A stretch of 60,653 bases of DNA, counting the filler, from Sluysia triapertura (taxonomy: Eukaryota): NCBI GenBank assembly GCA_046118255.1. It is 5 parts of 5 records of this genome, joined end to end, with 100 filler letters (N's around TTAATTAATTAA, not from the genome) between each part and the next. Parts side by side here need not be neighbours in the genome. Positions count along the whole stretch, not along the records: positions 48,667 to 60,653 come from JBJNIA010149719.1; 4 more parts are not named here. One strand, written 5' to 3'. Below are positions 52,421 through 60,653 of this stretch, one piece after another. A program made the position numbers and the translations under genes. Every line of letters begins with the position of its first letter. The stretch's first letter is position 1. Below the pieces are notes generated by a model. It had not been told where the DNA came from. It saw only the letters and a program-made list of their open reading frames with translations, and ran no database searches.

Positions 52421-53053
52421 TACTCCGTATCCAGGTGCTTATAATTTTAACATATTTGTACCAAACGGTGAATATGACGAATCCAAACGAAAAGGTCAGA
52501 CATGTATTTATCAAGCAACTGAAGATGGAAATCATGAAATGTATACAAAACCAAGTCCACATTATTGGCGTCTTAATTATTCTGTTAATCCCAAATATAT
52601 TAATGAATTAAATTTAATGTCAAGTAACAGTACAAGTCGTGTATTTGTCCGGCTTGTTCCAGTATATGGCGATCCTGAAAAAGCACAAAATATATTAGAA
52701 CGTTGCCCCATACACAAAGAACGTGGGATTAAAGCAATTCAGGAATCAGGAACGGCTGGTGAATTGAGTTCACCCAACGTTGGCAGTTCAACTCCTGTAA
52801 ATAATAGCGAGTTAATTTGGCGTCAAAGAAGTATGGTGTTAGTTGAAAAATCGTCTGCTTGTTACATTCAAGACCCAGTTACAAAAAGAGTTTGTGTTCT
52901 ACTACCATGGGAAACTCCTTCTGAAGGACAAGAGCACGCTAGTGTCAATTGTCAATTTGCTTGCTTCAATAGTTGTTTTAATCAAGACAGTAGAGGTAGA
53001 AAAACATTATTTTTAATTGTTACTTTGGAAAAAAATGATGAAACTGGAATAAA
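52421..53053 (+). CDS. p53: p53-family gene, main DNA-binding-domain exon
   Basis: tttacag|T ACT...AA|gtaagt. Contains YPGAYNF, KGQTCIY, VRLVPVY, ERCPIH, VLLPWETP, FACFNSC and LIVTLE; all four zinc ligands are present. Confidence 0.93.
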
Positions 53054-53125
53054 GTAAGTACATTATTGATTAATAATTTAAATATCAATTATTAAATGAA
53101 TTTTTAAATGAATTTTTATTTTTAG

Positions 53126-53524
53126 AGGTCGACCTGAAGTTCTAGGTCGTCAATGTCTTCAATTCCGAAGTTGTGCATGCCCCAGTCGAGATTGGCGTGA
53201 TAAGAAAGGTTGCGGGAATAATAATACTCATCAACCACGTAAGAAATCACGAGATGATTTTATTAATGGTGGATCGTTACTTAATGTTTCAACATCTGGA
53301 AATAGTGGCGGCATTCATTCTGGTAGTGTAACAATCAATATGGGTGGTAAAGATGCGATTATTCGAGTCTTGCCATCATTGCCAGGCTTAGATGAAGCTG
53401 TGACTGCATTATTATGGGGTTATCTGTGTAGAAAAACATTGGATATTAATGAAACAAGTTTAGAGCCTATTATGGAAGTAGTACGGCAATGTAAAGGAAT
53501 TGAAAATCGAATAATTGATAAAAT
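53126..53524 (+). CDS. p53: p53-family gene, exon with the end of the DBD and a putative oligomerisation region
   Basis: ttttag|A GGT. VLGRQCLQFRSCACPSRDWRDK compares with human [22 protein letters not shown]. The frame continues into ORF 53340; donor AT|gttagt. Confidence 0.9.
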
Positions 53525-53761
53525 GTTAGTTGATTTTAGTGATTAAACTAAATATTACCGATTTCATTGCAAAAGATGCATCAGTTATAAAAACATGTTA
53601 TTAATCTAAGTGATATAATTTTATATATTACACTAATGCTAAATTGTTTATTTTTATTATCTTAAATAGACTTTCATATCAATTATTAATTATTTTTTCT
53701 GTAAACTAACAGTGATAAATCAAGTTAACATTTGTCAAAACATAGATGATTTTATTTTTAG

Positions 53762-53800
53762 TTCATCTCTAACAAAAAGAAGAAAGCTAGTTAAGGTTTA
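53762..53800 (+). CDS. p53: p53-family gene, small basic exon (SSLTKRRKLVK, NLS-like); 3' boundary uncertain
   Basis: tttttag|T TCA, phase-compatible with the upstream exon. A donor at 53801 (gtaact) keeps the frame; the donor at 53796 does not. Confidence 0.5.
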
Positions 53801-53873
53801 GTAACTGTAATAATGGCTAAATCAATATTTTTTATTAATTAATATTATTTAATGACGCTAAATTTTCATCTAG

Positions 53874-54375
53874 TACATCAGATGTAATACCTGCTATTGA
53901 TCAACAAGCAACTCAACATCATTGTAGTCCATCAATCACTCCTACAGACTCTCAAATATCTCCAAATCAAACTAATCAAGTTCATTCGTTAAGTTCCATA
54001 CCTTCTAATTTATCATGTATTACTACTAACACACCCGGATCTTATGTTTACACTACTTCACCTTTAACAACATCCCCTGTTAATACCAGTACTCAAAATA
54101 ATTCTGTTACGTCTAATAATGATTATGCAGTACATTCGTTTTTTTCAGCTACAAATCCTACTGGAACTACATCTCGTACTCCAAATTCAACAACTGAAAC
54201 ACATCAATCCAGTTATCATAACAACGGATCCACACCTTATCATCAGCAACAAAATCATGCCACATTACGAAATACACAGTTCAGTCATATGATTCCTAAT
54301 TACATCGCAATACAGCCTCAATTTCATTTGAAACCTTATGAAGATTTCTACACAGAAGTTAAAGTTCGATTTTAA
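53874..54375 (+). CDS. p53: p53-family gene, terminal Ser/Thr/Pro/Asn-rich exon (missing from the ORF track)
   Basis: ctag|T ACA, open for 166 codons to ...YEDFYTEVKVRF-TAA; no SAM domain is visible. Confidence 0.78.
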
Positions 54376-57300
54376 TTTTCTAAATTTAAAATTATAATCA
54401 GATAAATATCCAAAGTACTTAATATAATTAAAAAATTACAAACATTTTGAAGTACAGTCCTAAATTGTATCTAAATATTTACAAAGTTAATATTAAAATA
54501 CATTATGTAGTAATGTATTCGTCATTGTCTACAAATAATAAACAAATGAACTTTTAGATATCAGAAATTTAAAATAGTAGTACAAATCACAATGACGTTA
54601 AGTTAAATATTTTAAATAAATGTCATAATTTTTAAATTTATAACTTTAAAATGTTTTTTTGCAATTTAAAGTTTATCTTTGTTAGATTTCAATCAAATTG
54701 GTTTTTAAGTCGTGCTGGGTTAAACTTTAAACTTAAACTTTACAGGAAAACAGATTTAACTTAAGGAATCCGAACTACAGTCCACTATTCATCGTGTAAA
54801 GTAGGCATATATGTAGCTTCTTTGAATATCAAATATTTATATTAACTGGAAGGTCAATATTTTATACTTGCGAATATCATTGTGAAGCATGTGATTCTTA
54901 ATAAATTTTAAATTTAAAACGAATAAACAATGAATAAATTTTATTATCAAAAAATCTAAGTCAACAAGCAATAAATGTTGCTTATTAAGTGTTTTCATTT
55001 AATTATTACATTTTAGCTGCGATTTTAAGGCACTGAATTAAAATTATTGATATGACCGAAATAGATTTTACTTGGATTTAGTAAATCTTGGATTAAAAAA
55101 GAAAAACTTATTACTTTTAAGTAAAGCGTCGTTTGATTATCCAAATATTCTGGTCCAGATTGCTGTGTGATTTCAATTTTGAATATTCCAATAGTTTTAT
55201 ACGTTTACCCATATAAATTTATGTGAAAATTTGTAAACGCTCTATTGATGCCAATTATGTTCTATTTTTAAAATATTTTTTAACTTCTGACTTACTGACT
55301 CTCAAACCAGTATTTATAACACAAGTTAAGGTGGGATATTTAAAGTTTCTATTATTAGCGTATAAGTTGTTATCATTTACTTTATAATATTATTTATTAT
55401 CATTATTACATGTTATTATTTTTATTGATTGGTTGCTTATTTTTATTTACTATTATTTTATTTTATAATTATTTTTCACTAATGAATATTATAATTTTTA
55501 TATTACCAATATTGTATAGTTATCCTATTTGTAGAGGTTGTGATTGGATCAACCATAATATTAGGTTTTATATTATGGAGATTTCTACTGAGAAATACAT
55601 AAAAGACAAAACAATTATTATAAAGATAAAACTATTATAATTAAAAGACGATTTTGTCAAAGGTATACTTAAATGCTAAAAATTTATTTAACTGTAAACT
55701 TAATTTAAATTATTTAGTTATAGTAATTGTAGGTTATGTTTATGTAGTTTCCACCCAACAATGTTAATACATCAATTCTATATATTTTTCATTGATATTA
55801 CGACCCATTAATTTTTGAGTTCCATTCTACAATAAGTTTTGTATTTATTTTCTCTTTGTAGTTATGGAATTATTCCAACATTGTTAGCTCACAGGTACTC
55901 ATAATTTATTAAAAGTACTGTACTACACATTTCATTACAATAAATTAGGCAAGCCAAAACTATGACAGTAACCTAAAAATAAAAAATTAAATGCATCTAC
56001 AACTTCCTTAATAAGCAAAGAAAAAGGATTATGAATCATACTGATGTGGTTTTGCTTAAAAATAAATACCTACAATCATAAAATGAGTATTTCAAAGCTG
56101 TAAGTTCGTCAGTCTTACAAACTTAAGGGCTAGTCTATAGAGTTTGAAAGAATTTATGAAGGTCAAATCAAAAACGTAACAATTAAATCCGGCAGTAGTA
56201 TAAAACAGTTTTCTTGTCGTATTAATAAAAGTTAAGTTTTTTGCAATAAATATTTAATTTAATATTAGATTAATCAATTGAATTTAGTAATGGAATTATA
56301 AATTAGAAATATATTAGGATTCCGCTTTTTTATGTGAGGTTATTATGGTTGTGATTTTATACAACATTCCAATTGAATAGTATCTAAAAATTAATTATTT
56401 TGCTACCGATTTTAGAACTGGTGTGTGAAAACAAATAAAATCAACTTTAATATTTTACAACTATAAATTTATTAATTAAGTTTGATAGTTCTTTTCAATT
56501 AAGTCAAATTATGTTAAAATATAATTGTTTTAAAAGAAAATGCAATAGTAATAAAATTGTACCAAATTTACTAGATTATCAATAATTTAAGTACAATAGT
56601 TTCAAATACGAATTTTGTTAAGGAATATTTTAAAAAATTCTTAAAATATAATTAACATAAATGAAGTATATTTTATTAAACTTAACTAAATAGTGTTAAT
56701 ACTTAAGATAAATTAACTAACGGTTAATAATAAATTTAGTATGGTTGCTACAAAAATTTAGAAACTGTTGTCGAAGTATCCGTTATTATTAATTATTAAG
56801 AACTAATATGGACTGAATCTGTTTGATGTTAAATAACTCAGTGATGAAGTGTTCATCGATCTCAGATTTTAAAATGTTTGGTGTTATGTTTGATATAAGA
56901 AATACAAAAGGAGTATTGTTTTTACCACAAGAACGATGGATGCCATTGACATTTTACTAGAAAGATCAAAGAATGTAAAATATTTAGTTTTGATTTATCT
57001 GTTAATTCTATGGATATTCTTACGTGATATTCAAAAATTCAAATAATTCATTGCAACTTATTGTGTCTTGTTGGTGTATATAAAAATAACACAATTTTTT
57101 CAAACAACACTGTAATGCTATATCATCAGGTATTTTATCCAATATCTTAATGATAACATTATCTCTTTCTTTGTTGATATTTTGGAAATTTGTACATCAT
57201 TGTATAGTAAATAATGTGCATCGGAAATCCTTTATAGATAAATGCCTGTGTAAATTAGACTTTTGTCACCCACTACAGTGCGTTGTTATTCATAAATCAG

Positions 57301-57849
57301 TATTATATTCGTATATTAATGACGGTCCCAGATGAGCAAAGAATTTATGGTTCCGTAGTACTGAATAATGGTTATCATCCTTTGATGATGAACCTACATA
57401 TTTGCATCTATTCATTATGAACACAGTAAATATTAATAAGATCATAATTAATGCAATAAATAATTCTTCTGCTATTATTAGAATAATCTTTTCAAAATGC
57501 TTCCAAAATTGTAGACCTTTCCTATCGCTTTATATTGCATAATGTAGTCATTTAATGACTAACTTTTTTACATTTATTATTGTGTCTACCTTCCGAGAGT
57601 AGGAACTCGGAATTGATTGTTATGTCGTCATTAAATAAAATCGAATAGCCTAAGGAGTTATCATGCTCTTAATAATCAACTATTGTAGTTGTAAAAAAAT
57701 TAGATTACATACGTAAACTATAGGTTTCTTCATTTTTATTTATATTTTGGAAAATAAGGGTAAATAAGTCTTTGTTTGAATTAATTGTATTTTTTTGGAA
57801 GCGATGCAATAATTTTTATCTAAAGTTTTAAATTTTGAATACTTTAATT

Positions 57850-57867
57850 TTATTATTATTATTATTA

Positions 57868-57915
<48 letters not shown>
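57850..57915. repeat. (ATT)n microsatellite
   Basis: Seen directly. Confidence 0.9.
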
Positions 57916-57916
<1 letters not shown>

Positions 57917-59308
57917 GTCCGCCTAGATTAATACTCTGGATACTGAAAAGATTAAACAACCTTTGTTTAATAAATTATTAAATTATATCTTACCCAAATA
58001 ATATTTTGGTTTAATTTGTTTAATCCAAAATATTTCAAACCAAACAATCGAGATAGTTTACGATTTAAATAGTATTTATTTTTAAATTTAAGTCTGGCTA
58101 CGTTGTAATTTCAATAATTTCATCTAGATTTTGTAATTTAATTATTTAAATGTATTATTATTTAAATGTATTCGAAGAAAAATCATATCATATTCAATGA
58201 AATATCTTCAATGCAGTTTAGAGGCCTACTAATTTTTTAAAACAAGCTTTTCTTTTTTAATATGTGTTTTAAAAATTATATTATTAAGTGTCCGTTAAGT
58301 AATGTAATGGTTCTTGTTTAAAGCTGGCAACTATAAAAATATTGTTGGCCTTATACTGGGCCCTGATTGCCTAAATATTCGAGGAATTTTTTCAAGTTAT
58401 CTTATGCCTACTACTTTTTCTGCTTTTAAAAATATTGTATTCGTTTATTGTTCGTTTTTGCTATTCAAATTCATTCAACCATTTCAATATGATTTTTTGC
58501 ACCTAATTTTAGTATAATAAGCACTAATGTACATATGTATATGTCCAAACAGTATTTTTATTGGGATAAATGTGTCACTATATGCGAAAGACATACACTT
58601 CATGCGACGTTCTGATCACTAGAATATTACCAACATGTACAAACCTACAAACTCATCAAAAATATCTCGGTATTATAACTACGGAAATGTCCCTGGACAG
58701 TATAAATTAAATGCTTTTTCTTTGCAGGGTTTATTAGAAATTTATTGAGACATATGTCCTAATAGGATTGAAATGGTTAAAATAATACATTACATCTTCA
58801 ACAAATTCACTAATTCAATATCGAATTGCAATATGTTAAAATTACAATTTAGATCATTAGTTTCTTAAATAATATTTATCATGTAAATTTTTTAATTATA
58901 ATTTATAAATTATAGTTTTTTAATTATAATTTTGTAATTATATATTTCATTATTTCAGATGCCAATTGATATTACAATGAATTATGATCAAAATTGATAA
59001 TGTTTTGACACTGCAAAAGAAATATATTACGAGATATTATTATTATCAGTATCATCATTGTTATTATCATTATTATTATCACTACAAATATTAATATATT
59101 TATATTTATTGTGCTTGTCCTTTGAACTTGAAACTGGATATAAAGATACAGACTAAGGTCAAGTACTGCTGTTATGATACAATGTATTATATTTTTATCG
59201 TATTAAACCTAAAAATACATACATTTTACCGGTGATAAAAATTTGACTATTAGACCTTGGCCTAATTTTATTTGTAATCTAAATTTTTTTTAAATTATAT
59301 TTAGTAAA

Positions 59309-59360
<52 letters not shown>
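59309..59360. repeat. (ATT)n microsatellite
   Basis: Seen directly. Confidence 0.9.
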
Positions 59361-59361
<1 letters not shown>

Positions 59362-60653
59362 AATAATATAAATACTAAAATGAAAACATTAATAAATTTA
59401 GTTCTTACAAAGTATTAGTTATATTTATAAAATAATAGTTTATATTTTATGTAATATACACATTTCTATATTGTTTCTACAATAATTTTTTTCTAGACTA
59501 AAATCAAATATCTAATTAAATATATAAAATTGTTCACCAATATTTTATTTATATTATCTTAATAAAGTTTACTATTGAAGAATTATTTTATTTTTAGAAT
59601 TATTCTGTAAACTCATTCAAGCAGAAATTATTAACGTTTTCTTTGTTATCCACGAAATATTTATTTTAAAATTTCGCAAACATTTTCACTTGAATTTAAA
59701 ATTAAATGAGTAATACGTAAAGTTTGATTCTTTGAATCCTAAGTAGCTTTGTTTTTATAAAAAAATTAAATTTTCATCCAATTCAAACATTTCAATCTAG
59801 TGGTTTATAAATCTATTTTGCATTGTTTATGAAGCTCTTGAATTTGTTGCATCCTTTTTTGTGTTGAGATGATTTCTCTGTTGACTTGTCAGACAAAAAC
59901 ACAAATTAATTAGTTAGAATTAGAACAATTTAAAAATTTTAAAATAATTTGAAAATAATGTTTTTTTCACAAATATTTAATATGTTTAACTACTTCATCA
60001 GTATTGCTAAATAATGAGTGGCATTTCGTTAAGTCATTGTGCAGTTTTCAAAGCTTAACGATATTTTATCTATATAAGATAATCCACATTTTAAAAGCCC
60101 ACTTGAGTCTTTGTTTTACTTTTGATATAGAAGGCAGTGATTTCCTGAAAAAAATTCTGTTTAATAATATTGGATGTAAAATATTCTTTAACACCAATTA
60201 ATTGATTTATTTTTAGAAAAATATAGACATATTTCTATCTTCTAAAGTCCTTCGAAGGTTCTGTAACAATTTAAGCATTATTATAATTCGATGTGTGTTT
60301 GAAATCGATTGTTCTATATTTGGTATATTAGTCATAGTGTTAAAATCAAATATAGATCACAGAAAAGGACATTGTCCGGTACGGGTTAAAAAACGTATTA
60401 TAAACAATGTTGTAATCAAAAAATTAATTATATCCAAGAATATGAAGACACATCTGGCAGAAATAAAATAAAAACAAAGTAAACTCTATGCTTCGGGTAT
60501 CTTCTATCATTTTGTAGTTCAAAATATTCTATTCAATTTTATAAAACAAAGAATTATAAGATACATTAAAACGATATATTAATATTACACATAAGTTATG
60601 GAATGCATTGTTTGACTAATTGTAAATCAGTCATCCGACTCAGTGTGTCAAAT

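Noticed and set aside
56800-57700. Coding-like decayed stretch downstream of p53
   Set aside because: No recognisable motif or sustained reading frame.

Overview
Very AT-rich eukaryotic (metazoan) genomic DNA. It is probably from a flatworm; this is inferred from a 38-nt intron, abundant (ATT)n microsatellites and the style of the p53 and Kv proteins, and is not proven. The window is not one locus. Four artificial 100-nt spacers (44 N + TTAATTAATTAA + 44 N) join five separate sequence pieces (1-11242, 11343-22214, 22315-35388, 35489-48566, 48667-60653), so adjacency across the spacers has no biological meaning. Recognisable host genes, all + strand and intron-containing, are: two exons of unc-45, the S1-S6 exons of a Shaw/Kv3-like potassium channel, an apparently complete and divergent p53-family gene, and the 3' exons of a single-pass membrane protein. 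Most of the rest is decayed mobile DNA: MULE and piggyBac transposase remnants, two NeSL/Utopia-like RLE non-LTR elements, an APE-type LINE remnant, a probable Polinton/Maverick PolB remnant, LTRs (one with a tRNA-Lys primer-binding site) and a high-copy dispersed repeat. The most interesting signals are three. (1) A p53 DNA-binding domain that keeps its zinc and DNA-contact residues but has non-canonical residues at three structural cancer hot-spot positions, including the equivalent of R282W. (2) A Kv channel with an intact pore but a degenerate voltage sensor and an altered S6 PVP hinge. (3) A small repeat family in which a pseudo-tRNA follows a conserved ~70-nt leader that starts TGTTGG.
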